Assembly (NCBI GenBank): GCA_002633005.1 | Contig: NMRA01000162.1 | Span: 661,710 to 701,881, forward strand | From: Phoronis australis | Taxonomy: Eukaryota; Animalia; Phoronida | Direction: 5' to 3' | Length of the DNA: 40,172 nt | Shown: positions 11,693-23,811 of the stretch, piece after piece | Numbering within the stretch: position 1 is the first letter of the stretch | How the letters are laid out: every line of letters begins with the position of its first letter | Translations under genes and position numbers: made by a program | The notes under the pieces: model-generated | Database searches by the model: none | Seen by the model: the letters and a program-made list of their open reading frames with translations, nothing else | Told to the model about the DNA's origin: nothing

Positions 11693-13551
11693 CCGTGTCA
11701 GACAACACTTGTTCGTGATTTTTGTCATTTTTGGTAACATCACGTCACTTTCGTAAACTGTAACAATGGTACATTTCTCGCATGTGCATTCGAGCAAAAC
11801 TATAACAACTACGTGTAATGTAACAACTTGTTACAGTTTAGGAGATGGTTAACAATGCAAAACGTAACAAAGAGTAAAATGTAACAGTTGTTGTATTTTA
11901 TGGCACATCATTGCGCCTCGGTGTATAAGAGGTTTGAAATGCAAAAAAGGTATGCCTTTTAAACAGATCGCGATGAATCCATTCCTTGTGGATGTAAACG
12001 TGGGAGTTCAGTTATTCAGTTTAAAACTCCACTTTGTTTTTCGTGATATTAACCACGTTACGACTGGGTTTTCACTCTTAGTACTGACATTTGAAAATAT
12101 TTTGCAACTCTGATTTTACGGTCGATGCATGAATGCTATGTACATGTATGTTGTAACCTTTCGCGTGAACTACTGCCGCTGCAACACCATGTATATAGTT
12201 TTAAGTGAAAAGTATTTCCGTATACTAATTACGAAAGCGTTCTCTTTTTGACGGATCATCTGTATTTTAAATTAGAGTATTCCCTTCACAAACCTCACAA
12301 TTGTGACAATTTTGGCCGGCTGAAACGATGCATTTGGTGCCAGTATTAGATCGACATAATACCATTCAAAAACACCACTTTCTGTTTATTTGCACAATGT
12401 ATCACGGCTGTATGTCGATTAGTTCACACTGGGAACCATTTATGAAGGTGGAGGGGTAGCCACACCTCGCACGTTCGGGAAAATTACAGGAAAGCAGGTT
12501 AAAACAAAAGGACAGCGGAGCACCAACTCATAAATCTCTGGGGAAGTGCGGTGGTGTTCTGCGGGAGTTGGCTGAAATGGGTGGCCAAAACGAAATATTA
12601 ATACATGGCAATCGGTGGGATGGACAATAAATTTGGTTGACATCCTTGGGATGGAGGAGTGAAATATACCTACAGTGTACGCCTATAAACGGGAGCGTAG
12701 TTTCGGCCAATTGCGTGTCAAATGTCATATTCTCAATTAATTGGCGAAGTCCAAATATGGAACATGTTGACTTTAAATGTTTACACCTGAAGACATCAAA
12801 CCACCATGCGAAATTCTGATCAACATGATGCACTGGAATTTCGAGATTTTACTCAGTAATAATCTGTTGAGTATTTATAGTAAAACTGATTATACAAGAG
12901 TTCAAGTACTTTTGTATGAGGACGTTTGGTGGACTTCAAAACTTGAGAAGGCACTGGATTTGAATATTTTTGACGGAGGTAGGGTTAACAAAGCAAAGTT
13001 TCAGTTTCACCATAAAGTGTAACATTTCAACTTCCCTTTTTCGTGGCAATTTTAATTAATTCGCTGTAACTTAAAATTTGACACTCGAAAATGTCTCACT
13101 TTCATCAGACGACTCCTCGAATTTTCCAAAGCAAGCTTGTTGGCATCTTTCGATAGAAGTAATTCATAACGTGGCGTAAAAACATGCTCCGTGTACCATT
13201 TTCGAGCTTCGGATTGAACTTAGATATTTTTTACAAACTTGAAGCCCAAAAACATCCATGGAAGTTTGACTTGTTGTTTTTCATTATTCACTATACTCTA
13301 TGCAGTTTGTAAATGTTAACGTCACGGAATTAGGAAAATTGATCGCATCCTTTACACAGCCCACTACTTTGGAATATGTTCCAAGGTGTCTGCTGGGTCC
13401 TAATGTTTATCGTGTAGAAACTGAACGATGTTTTCTTCTTCGTATACGTTTCGAATTTAAATTTGGAGCGGTTTTACCAATTCTGTGAGCTTAGTCACAC
13501 ATAATTAAACATTTGCACCGACGGTACATATTAAATAACAGCACTACTTAC

Positions 13552-13719
13552 TCAGAGGACTGGGACAGTTTCCATAATATTCTACGTAATCATCCACCAA
13601 TAAATCCATTTGAGTGCAATGGGCCGAAGGTTTGGCGATGATCTTCATTTGAGTGCGGACCCTAGTAGCGTCAACGTGCATTGCTTTTTGTATCCAACCA
13701 TTGTCCCACTCTTCAATTC
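13552..13719 (-). CDS. Candidate exon encoding the C-terminal half of a MAM-like domain
   Basis: ttttaag| acceptor, |gtaagt donor, 168 bp, phase 1-1, open frame: (G)IEEWDNGWIQKAMHVDATRVRTQMKIIAKPSAHCTQMDLLVDDYVEYYGNCPSPL (cf. MAM 'W...V.L...FQI.F.A...DIAIDDI....G.C'). Confidence 0.55.
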
Positions 13720-13859
13720 CTTAAAATACGTATTACACATAAGCCAGCAAACCAAACCGAGAAGCAAATTTTATCCTCAAACTCACAAATCACCTTTTGA
13801 TACCACTTTCAAGAACCTTGAATGTTGCAAGATGTTGTATCAAAAGTGACACACATATT

Positions 13860-14085
13860 GTTATCTGCGCGCATTTTGCTGTGATTGACACAAGTGAAAA
13901 ATAGGAGACTTTCGAGTAGCAATGGGGGCTGACAACATGGAACTAGCTACCAGTGAGAAGATATTTCACCTGAGCAGTGGGAGGCACAGAGGAACATACT
14001 TGAATAAATGTGTGTGACTAGTTGTGAGAAGTCTAAAGAGTGAATTCACATTACTTCCCAGTCCTCCAGAGGGCAAACGTACACG
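13860..14085 (+). mobile_element. Internal fragment of Sola3 family B
   Basis: About 94% identical (counted by eye) to 39811-40037; ends at the N. Confidence 0.85.
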
Positions 14086-15362
14086 NATTTAAAATTAGAG
14101 TATTCCCTTCACAAACCTCACAATTGTGACAATTTTGGCCGGCTGAAACGATGCATTTGGTGCCAGTATTAGATCGACATAATACCATTCAAAAACACCA
14201 CTTTCTGTTTATTTGCACAATGTATCACGGCTGTATGTCGATTAGTTCACACTGGGAACCATTTATGAAGGTGGAGGGGTAGCCACACCTCGCACGTTCG
14301 GGAAAATTACAGGAAAGCAGGTTAAAACAAAAGGACAGCGGAGCACCAACTCATAAATCTCTGGGGAAGTGCGGTGGTGTTCTGCGGGAGTTGGCTGAAA
14401 TGGGTGGCCAAAACGAAATATTAATACATGGCAATCGGTGGGATGGACAATAAATTTGGTTGACATCCTTGGGATGGAGGAGTGAAATATACCTACAGTG
14501 TACGCCTATAAACGGGAGCGTAGTTTCGGCCAATTGCGTGTCAAATGTCATATTCTCAATTAATTGGCGAAGTCCAAATATGGAACATGTTGACCTTAAA
14601 ACTTTACACCTGAAGACATCAAACCACCATGCGAAATTCTGATCAACATGATGCACTGGAATTTCGAGATTTTACTCAGTAATAATCTGTTGAGTATTTA
14701 TAGTAAAACTGATTATACAAGAGTTCAAGTACTTTTGTATGAGGACGTTTGGTGGACTTCAAAACTTGAGAAGGCACTGGATTTGAATATTTTTGACGGA
14801 GGTAGGGTTAACAAAGCAAAGTTTCAGTTTCACCATAAAGTGTAACATTTCAACTTCCCTTTTTCGTGGCAATTTTAATTAATTCGCTGTAACTTAAAAT
14901 TTGACACTCGAAAATGTCTCACTTTCATCAGACGACTCCTCGAATTTTCCAAAGCAAGCTTGTTGGCATCTTTCGATAGTAGTAATTCATAACGTGGCGT
15001 AAAAACATGCTCCGTGTACCATTTTCGAGCTTCGGATTGAACTTAGATATTTTTTACAAACTTGAAGCCCAAAAACATCCGTGGAAGTTTGACTTGTTGT
15101 TTTTCATTATTCACTATACGCTATGCAGTTTGTAAATGTTAACGTCACGGAATTAGGAAAATTGATCGCATCCTTTACACAGGAATATGTTCCAAGGTGT
15201 CTGCTGGGTCCTAATGTTTATCGTGTAGAAACTGAACGATGTTTTCTTCTTCGTATACGTTTCGAATTTAAATTTGGAGCGGTTTTACCAATTCTGTGAC
15301 CTTAGTCACACATAATTGAACATTTGCACCGACGGTACATATTAAATAACAGCACTACTTAC

Positions 15363-15530
15363 TCAGAGGACTGGGACAGTTTCCATAATATTCTACGTAA
15401 TCATCCACCAATAAATCCATTTGAGTGCATTGGGCCGAAGGTTTGGCGATGATCTTCATTTGAGTGCGGACCCTAGTAGCGTCAACGTGCATTGCTTTTT
15501 GTATCCAACCATTGTCCCACTCTTCAATTC
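15363..15530 (-). CDS. Second copy of the MAM-like candidate exon
   Basis: Same splice sites and open frame as 13552-13719, with one H/Q difference. Confidence 0.55.
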
Positions 15531-15739
15531 CTTAAAATACGTATTACACATAAGCCAGCAAACCAAACCGAGAAGAAAATTTTATCCTCAAACTCACAAA
15601 TCACCTTTTGATACCACTTTCAAGAACCTTGAATGTTGCAAGATGTTGTATCAAAAGTGACACACATATTTTGAGAGAATGAAGCCGGCAATTTATTACC
15701 ATCTACATGTATATGTAGAGTAATTGTACCCAGATTCAA

Positions 15740-16300
15740 CACTTTTTCACATGATTTTCTGCTTCCATCAGAATTACGCAGCATTTATGGAAAAGTTACC
15801 ACCATGAAATGGCATATTCTCCTGCGATTTTGAGTGGTCTCAACTACTGTACTAACCCGTGGGTCTGTTCATGAACAGTACCCTAGGCAACGACATCTAC
15901 AAACTCCTCTCTGTACTAAATCATTTGTTGAAGATTCAATTCGCAATGCCTTACCTCATATCATTAACAACCTTCCTGAAAGTGTTTTTCAAAACATTTT
16001 CACTCAGCCGTTATCCTATGTTATAGATTCGTTTAAGAAAGATTGTTTTGAAAGTTATGAATTTAAGTGCACTATTCCAAACTGCTTTGTGTGAAACTAT
16101 TATCGACAATCTCTCGTTGTTTTTTAACAATTAGTTTTAAATTACATTATCAGCCATTTTGCACTTCTGATTATCTGTAAGAGTGTATTTTTTATTATAT
16201 GGTAGCTCCGTGGTCAGTGGACCTTTCGGGTGATTCACGGAATCTCCATAAGCGTAAATTTGTATTAAGTGTATTTTTGGCTTAACGTGAATAATGTATA
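15740..16300 (+). mobile_element. 5'-truncated LINE of the CR1/L2 group (ORF2 C-terminus plus 3' UTR)
   Basis: ORF 15834-16094 ends SIRNALPHIINNLPESVFQNIFTQPLSYVIDSFKKDCFESYEFKCTIPNCFV, the typical 'P.I.N.LP...K...Y...C...NCY.C' tail. Confidence 0.75.
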
Positions 16301-16349
16301 TTACTACCACTGCTACTGTACCAGAGATCATTTTAGATAACTCACTTAG

Positions 16350-17550
16350 CTCATAAAAGGGCGTATTTTCTATCGACCAGTACAGCACAACGTTTCTAGA
16401 ATCACTTCCTTAGTGTCGTTGTGAACAAAGTTAATTAATGTACCAGGTATTACCGTTGAACTTTTCCTTATTTAACGGAAATCGTAAGGGTGAGAATAGC
16501 GGGGTAAACTATTGATCGTAGGCCCACTGATGCTATGCCTCAGTGGCATCACGTCAAAATTAGCTCGAACAATCTGGATCTTTCGTGTACTGTAAATCGC
16601 AAGGCATTACAACCGCGTATCCTCGATGGTGAACGTGTTTAATTCAGGTGAAAACATGTACATGTACATGTAAGCAGAAGAGAAGCTATCACAAGACGGA
16701 GATCTGAAAACTACACAACGCAAAAATAGGATACCTTTAATGATGCACTTGTATGCTTCTAACAAAACTATTGTGTAGCAGAACCTACACAACTAATAGT
16801 ATTTTTACAAATCTACATGCACGCTAAACTAAGTGCAGTTGTATTCATTGACAATATCAACTGCTGAAACAACAATGTCAGCAAACAATGTAGGTGAGCT
16901 TTGCACTACTAACCTCGCGGGCTCACATAGCATGGACGATGCAGTGTTATTCTCCAGCACCACGCCACGATGGATCGTTTTCGTCACAAAATTCGTTCTT
17001 AAAAGCAATTTCGACCTACTTCCTATTCACACTGTAGCTATTATCTGTGTCTAAATAAATTGGCCAAGCAATCACAGAGACAAGGAATTAGCTTACAATT
17101 TTCACTGTAAAGACTTAATCCTTTTCTGATTCAAATACTTCAAACTATAAACCGAGTTAAGTAAATTGTATGGAACCTACTCAAACGGGCACCGATTTTC
17201 TACGAGATAAACTTGAACAACGATTTCACGTGGCGTAAAATCGCCCTTGTTTTGTTTGCTGTTTTTTTAGGGTGTAGGTCCTTGATATACAAATACAATT
17301 GTTGGCCATCCTTAATTTTGTATTCGTGCGTATGCTTACGAAGCGCTGTGTTAAATACAATTGTGCAATTTGAAGTCGTGGGTGTAGAATTTAGTCACCC
17401 CCTTTTTGGTACTAGTTGGACGGTCACTTACTGCCGCGGCCCGTTAGCATTGTCAACAATTACATTTTCAGTTATAGGCCTTGCTCCGGGAGACTTTGAG
17501 GTGGACGTTGAAAATAACGTGTGAATTCACCGAATGGGCCACTTACTCCA
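16350..17550 (-). pseudogene. Decayed MAM-like exons (~17550-17340, ~17044-16829, ~16645-16350)
   Basis: Relics VIVDNANGPRQ*VTVQLV...STPTTSNCTIVFNTAL|gtaag; cag|...DPSWRGA...RLVVQSSPTLFADIVVSAVDIVNEYNCT; NFDVMPLRHSISGPT. All contain stops or frameshifts. Confidence 0.4.
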
Positions 17551-17995
17551 CTGAAAGCCAAAGCATCAATAAGCGGCAAATGAGGAAGACCATTTTATTG
17601 CTATCGAATCAACACAATTAGCATATATCACGAATGCGTAATGAATTTCAAGAAATATCTTACATTAGTGGATTTATCATTGGACAGTTGTTCTTTGTGA
17701 CATTGGATATAACCTGTAAACAGTGTAAACTGTGTATTATTTCTCAGGCATTTTCATAGAAGTGTGTAGTTTAGTCGTTAAACGAACTCAAAACCAAAGA
17801 GGCACTGATGCCGAAGTATAATAAATAGATTTAGCAGTTGCAATACGTTATTTGGTCTCGTTTCATTATGATTGGTTTTATAATTAATAGTCACTTATTT
17901 TAGGGATAGTTGAATAATTAAGCTACGAGATCATCAGACAATTCAATAGATTTTGAATGCTTTTATAAACTGTACATTCAGTTCCATTCTATGTT

Positions 17996-18775
17996 TCTAT
18001 TTATTTATTTCAACATTCAAGGCCTTGGCCCACATTTTACATAAAATTTACAGGAAAACGATCAGCAGCTTTTCCCTGGGGGGAGAGGCTTGAAATACAA
18101 ATTTCCTTACGTGAATCTCACCATTAGCTTTACAAAGGTATGTTTATTTGGTTCACGCCAGCACGACTCATGTATAAATGCAGTTCTCTAAGACCATTAT
18201 TTTTAGAAACACATATAAAATGGTATTCATCTTCAATTAGGGACACACGGTATTTTTGGTCCACAAAAGCATGTCTACCTTTCTTTTATCATCAAGATAT
18301 GGTTGGAGCAATGTAATTTAGCCAAAGCTGCTAAAACACATATGGAATATTACGTAACAGATAGGATTCCATTTCAAAATCAATTTTAAATGAGAAATTT
18401 GTATCAAGTTTTTAGCTATTCTTCACGGCAAAGCTCCAGCCTTGTAAAAAACAATCATTAATTCGCTGCCCAATAGTGACAAGAAAGAATGCTTTGCAGC
18501 CAATTCCCTGATTATGCAATACCAATCCAAAACCATATACCAGCAAATTCATAACACCCTGATCCAATGTGACAAGCTTGTCAAAGAAAGCATGGTTTGG
18601 ACAATTACTTCCAAAACCCAGTTATTACAATACATAATTTCAATTGAACAAGCTCAATACTAGGATATTCTTTCAATCCCCAAATCTCACCATCATAGGT
18701 AATAATTATTGGGCGTGCCATTTTATCAAAAATTCAGAGTGCAGTTTTCGGTAAAAGTCCTGCACATTTTGACCG
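17996..18775 (-). mobile_element. RTE-X-like LINE 3' relic
   Basis: Relics FDKMARPIITYDGEIWG...IELVQLKLC, GFGLVLHNQG, LAKLHCSNH and IEDEYHFIC, followed by GGGCCAAGGCC and an AATAAATAAATA tail. Confidence 0.8.
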
Positions 18776-19823
18776 AAAACGTTAAATTGAAACAAATTGT
18801 TTTCTATGCGTGGTGAAAAAAAGTTTTTGTATGTTGCGCCCAGACTAATTTAAGAGTAAGGCAAATACCCAGACACTTACATGATGGGACGACATCAATT
18901 TTACCATTTTCAAAATGCCATTTCCGTATTTTCTCAATGACCCGCCGTTTCTTAATGCCATTATTTATGTTTTTGTAATGTTGACTTTCATACGAAAAAC
19001 CTGACAGTATTCTAGCCTTACAATATACGGATTGGTTCAGGATTAATTAAGCCGAGAAACTATTTTCCTTGATAATGTCCTTTTATTTTTTTGGCTCGTT
19101 TCTTGTCGTTTGCACCAAAATTTTGCATTTTTTTTCCTTTCAGCATCAAACTTACATAAACTAAGAGCGTTGTAATGGGCTCAAAGTCACTGCTTTTTAC
19201 AGAACTCGTATAGGGCTCCGGGGGGACCTTTTAGAGTTTTTCAATTCCAGGAATTCGAGCTCCAAGGAAGCTTGTCAGATCCTTTGAGACCTGGAAAAAG
19301 ACAGAGCTTGCCAAGCACTAAATAGGTTTTTAATATGTTATCTGCTGCGACTTACCGATGTCGACTTACATGTATTCCAAGATGTTATGATAACTGTTAC
19401 CTACATGTAAACGACTTGTACACGATATCTACGGTATCTCTTGAAAGACTTGATCAAAATTTGGAATTTTGGTGGGCCTTATTATACGGTGTATGCAAAG
19501 TGAAGTCTGCTCATCATTTTAACTGACGATTCTCAAGATATTATGGTAAAACTGGTGAGATGAAAGTCCTCTCATCGCTTACCCCTCGCTCCTTGCTTTG
19601 TTAGGGATAATGTTTGGCGAAATCGGAACCACGATGGAGATGAGACGGTCATTTTACATATAACCATTATAAACCCTATACATGTAACTCTGCGATCGTT
19701 TTACAGAGCCGTCTGAATCTTATGCGCAAACATATATCTTTAAAAGCTACTAGTTAACGTTTAAGGGTCTATCTCATGGACACTTTGGTCCTGCTCTTCC
19801 AATTCATAATTGCTTAATTATAA

Positions 19824-19855
19824 TGACGTGCCTATAATAAATTATAGGCACGTCA
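19824..19855. repeat. Perfect 15-bp inverted repeat with 2-nt spacer
   Basis: TGACGTGCCTATAAT-AA-ATTATAGGCACGTCA. Confidence 0.95.
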
Positions 19856-21399
19856 CTACCTGGAAGTAATGTGTTCTCCCTTTCTTAAGTAATACTGTCA
19901 ATTGTTGCGGAAGTAACTTTGAATTACTTTTTCTTTCTGAAACAGCTGTGTTCCAAGTTTTGTGGAGCAGAAGACCAAATTTCCGCCTTAAGTCTTAAGA
20001 GCATGTTCGCGAATGGACCAGGCAGAGTTTGATTAACGCTATGTCACACATTCTCTTTATATTTTCTCTGTGTGATGACACTGGCGCCACTGATTCCAGA
20101 CAATTTTTTTTTTCAAAACGCCTCTGTTTGGTTTCCGTGGATATATTTTGTTTCCTGCAAGTTTTGAGCCTGGCCGCAGTTGAGTTTTAGTAAAATTTCG
20201 ACAGTTAAGTTACGCAGTGGAAGTAAGGTTGAAAGATTTCAATAATTTTTGTCTGTTTTTAGAGCCGCATAAGATTAGTACTTTTAGTGATTTTTGAAAA
20301 TGTCAAAATTGGCTAAATTTATATCCCGATATCTCAGCTGGCGCTAACGGATTTCATGTCATCTAAAACCAAAAGTTACTGGTGGTTTCGTCGTTTCACC
20401 ACAATGTGCAACGTCAACAAACGTCAACAAAAAGTGAATATTTGCTAACAGTCGACCCCTACCTTGCAAATCAATTAATCATTCATCAAATTTCGTATTT
20501 TCTAGGCACCGAAAAAAAAGGTTCGTAGCCATGAAATTCAAATACTTACTAGACAAAATCCACTAGTTTTGGTAGGACACCTTTTGCGAGAGTCGAAATT
20601 TCACTGATTTTATAAAGCTCAGTGATCTTATTCGCACGGCAAAAAAGCAAAACACCACCAATAAATCATTTTCATAACATTTTTTTCTTCAAACATCGTG
20701 GTTGATCCCTCCCTCTTGCGATTTTCCAAATCTTACAGTGTTGTATGAACAATATCATATATTTTTTTGGTTTTATCTGTGATTGTCCTGTTAACAAAGA
20801 TGCTAACTGTGAGTTAGCAATGGGGTGTGTCTGAACAAACGTTATTTCTGAGGAATCGTCAAGTGGTTTTGATGCAGGGCGTTGAAAGCGGAGGACAGTG
20901 TCAAGATCAAAGATTCATTGGCAATTACAGGCAAAGACAAATCCACTGGTGACCAGTCTTCCGTGAACAGTATAGAGCAGCCAGTGCTTCCAACGACATA
21001 ATAGTTTGGAGTGGTGTGGCTGGATAGTGTTATCATTTTGCTATCTGTATGCAGTATTTATGTACACAGATTCATGCACATTGGGCTCTAATGGCTAAGT
21101 GTTAATGCACTGGCTCCCATATTACATTCCTGTGTTAAAGCACAGGTGATCTCGCTTACATGTACTTCCTCATCCCATACTCTAAAGGAAACTCCTCAGT
21201 CTGTATAAATAATGTTGGACTACTTTAAAGTAAAAAGTGATATTTAATGCGGCTAGAATCTTGTTTAATACTCATCGCCCATTTAATTTATACAAGGTAG
21301 AATGGAAACACGTGATATCTAAATGTGTTAAAAGATCCAAATGCCACTGATTAGCTCCAGCATAACTCTCCTGATGTCACCCTTTCAAAATACAGGTGA

Positions 21400-22010
21400 C
21401 CTCGGCAGCTCCCCAACGTCTCGGTTTATTACTCTAAACCATTGTCAAGGAAACAGCTCACAAACTCAAAACACGCGACACAGATAGAGAAGAGACTGTT
21501 CAAGTCAAAATGCATTGTGAGGAGAGGCCAGAAATCAAAACATTTGGTGCTCAAATGAACCAACGTTTCTTTTGAGGTAACGCTCAACATGATTCAACAT
21601 TATTTGCGTAGTGTTCTTTAACAGGAGCCTGAGGGTGGCGGTATCCTTGCCTATAATCTGAACACCAGAGCATTCTATAGTGTGACCACCTGTCAAGGAA
21701 TGATTGAGAACGGCATTGTGTGTGTCTTTACAGTGTTCTTTGACTCTGATGCTACGAATCCTGTTGGTCAATCCAGTGTAATACTGTTCACAGACACTAC
21801 AATTGAGTTGGAAAACAACGTGATTTCTTTGAGAATTACTCAACAGTGTTTTCACTCTCGACAATGACAAAAGTCTGTCTACAGGTTTGAAGATTGTTAC
21901 GAGTTGCAAACATGGAATAATAGCTCCAAGATTTCTTTTAATCTGCCTCTCGACTACACAACTACCGTTACCTAAATAGGGGAGATTGAGAAATGCCTTC
22001 TTCAATTCAA
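21400..22010 (-). mobile_element. 5'-truncated Penelope-like retroelement (GIY-YIG endonuclease plus 3' end)
   Basis: ORF 21535-22005: FLNLPYLG...NHVVFQLNCSVCEQYYTGLTNR..SIRVKEH...AVLNHSLTGGHTI, the PLE GIY-YIG signature. A hammerhead motif lies downstream. Confidence 0.9.
21410..21453 (-). ncRNA. Decayed Penelope hammerhead ribozyme, U3-A8 variant
   Basis: UUUCC-UUGACAA-U-GGUUUA-GAGUAA-UAAACC-GAGA-CGUU-GGGGA: stem I pairs, stem II is a perfect 6 bp, and GAAA is mutated to GAGA. Confidence 0.6.
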
Positions 22011-22769
22011 GCCGGTTGGATAGATATGTCGTTACTTAGTTACTCGCGAATTTTCAAGTTCGTGCTTCTGTTCTGGCCTAAATCAAATGTGATGTCCCTT
22101 GCCTCGACATCACATACCTTACAAATAACTCATAATTCTTCAAAAACAATGTTGGAACAAATTTAAGTAAACAATGATATTTAATCTGAATGCAATCTGG
22201 TTTAGAAATGGTCATCCATTTCAGTGATACAAAGTACCATGGAAAATGAGATATCTAAATGTGTTGTTTGACCTAAATGGCAGTGAGTTGGTTTAAGTAT
22301 TACATTACCAAAGTAAACCTTTCAAAGTATAGGGCCCCAACCATAATTTTTCATCACATATACTACCTGAAACTCATCAGTCTGCCTAAGTCACCGTGTA
22401 CATGTTTACATGTACCTTTCCTTAAGCTTGTACATAAGTCAACACTCAGATAAGGCTTCGCTTTTTCGAAAAGTGGGGTTGAGAGTAAAATGAATTTGAA
22501 AGATGAAAACTGAAATATCAACATGTTTAAAGAATTTGGACAACGTTGTTTCAACTAGAACACTAACTATCCTAAATTTTACTGACACAAAGACAAGGGT
22601 TGCTATCTTCCATTTCCATTTACATCATTTTCTACAACATCACATCAATAGCAACTGTTAAAATCACCCAGTCATCCCAGCAGATTGTACAATGTTCTGG
22701 CGAAGATGAAATCCGGAGTATTTCTGGACATCATTGACTGGCAACTTTATTATCTCCTTACTTCGACCA

Positions 22770-22985
22770 ATTTTCAGCGATTTTCAAGGTACCCAAGCGT
22801 GAAAAGAAATCTTTATCCGGCTGTGGTGTCAGCCTGCCTTCCTCAATCAACATCGTATCCGCCTTCATCGCCTGTGCACTTCTTGCGGGGTCTGCTTTGT
22901 TGTTATACTTTCTGAAAAATGACAGGTAACACTATCGAATTATGCCTTTTTGCAGGACTTTGCAGAGCCCAGCGACTAAACAGGC
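22770..22985 (-). pseudogene. Sola3 transposase C-terminal relic
   Basis: RWALQSPAKR, then after a frameshift NKADPARSAQAMKADTMLIEEGRLTPQPDKDFFSRLG, matching the Sola3 'WALK...KADP..VA..M.....LT..QI..FFSRL' pattern. Confidence 0.75.
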
Positions 22986-23811
22986 GTGACTTCCTATGAG
23001 TGATTCAATGATTTTACCTGAGATAATTCATTTCATCCACGGCGGGTAATATGTAAAGCAACTCTAAGTACAACCAAAAAAAAACACTGTGGGTACTTGA
23101 TTTTTTACTTGTTTAACCGGACTCCTTTGGACATCAAGAGGATATCATATCCAGATCCTAAATGTCGACATAGTGGCACACCGGCAACATAACGACACAC
23201 TAAGAATTCAAGAATTACATAAATCACTGACAACCAATGTGAAAAGAGATTGTGGCATGTAGGTTGTCAGTTAAAAATGAAATTTAGAATGCTATGAGTA
23301 CAGCATACATCAATATATGTATATGAAAAATACTTCCTGTAATGAAATAAAACTGAGATGCATAACAACAATAATAATTATTGACAACTAAAAGTCAATG
23401 ACACACTGCATTTTCCTATACTACTAATAAGTTGACTGAATAGCTGTAGGCAATCCTAGACTCCAACAACGGCGACGTGGCAGGTATATCCGTTGACTAA
23501 CGAACTCAAAACTGTTCATTAAGTGTTTACAGTGATGCAGGCAAAGGACAGCTGATTTTCACAAGTGGACACAATAAAAACCTATGTCTGTGCAGTTCAA
23601 AAACAAGTAGTGTTGTTACAGTTTTATGATACATGCATTGTCACTTGAAGTTTGTGAATTTCCCGAGAGGAGAACCACAAACTTTTACTGCAGGTTACTG
23701 TATTACAAGAAAATCAACTGTTGTTTCCAGTGGTGCTAACTCGGTTCTCAAATCAGGTATCCATAAAACTGACTATTACCGCCAAAATGCTACCATCATG
23801 TGCTAACTTCA

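Larger units (their letters stand above)
12264..15670. repeat. Near-identical 1.6-kb direct duplication (12264-13859 and 14087-15670)
   Basis: About 11 substitutions plus one 12-bp indel (~13359-13370). The second copy starts immediately after a single N at 14086. Confidence 0.95.

Noticed and set aside
12440-13022. ORFs apparently conserved in two copies
   Set aside because: Conservation only reflects the ~99% duplication. A faint MAM-like look (DQNFAW, CINISFW) is too weak to call.
19250-19273. GAATTCGAGCTC...AAGCTT resembling a cloning polylinker
   Set aside because: Only 12 bp match and the intervening pUC sites are absent; likely chance.
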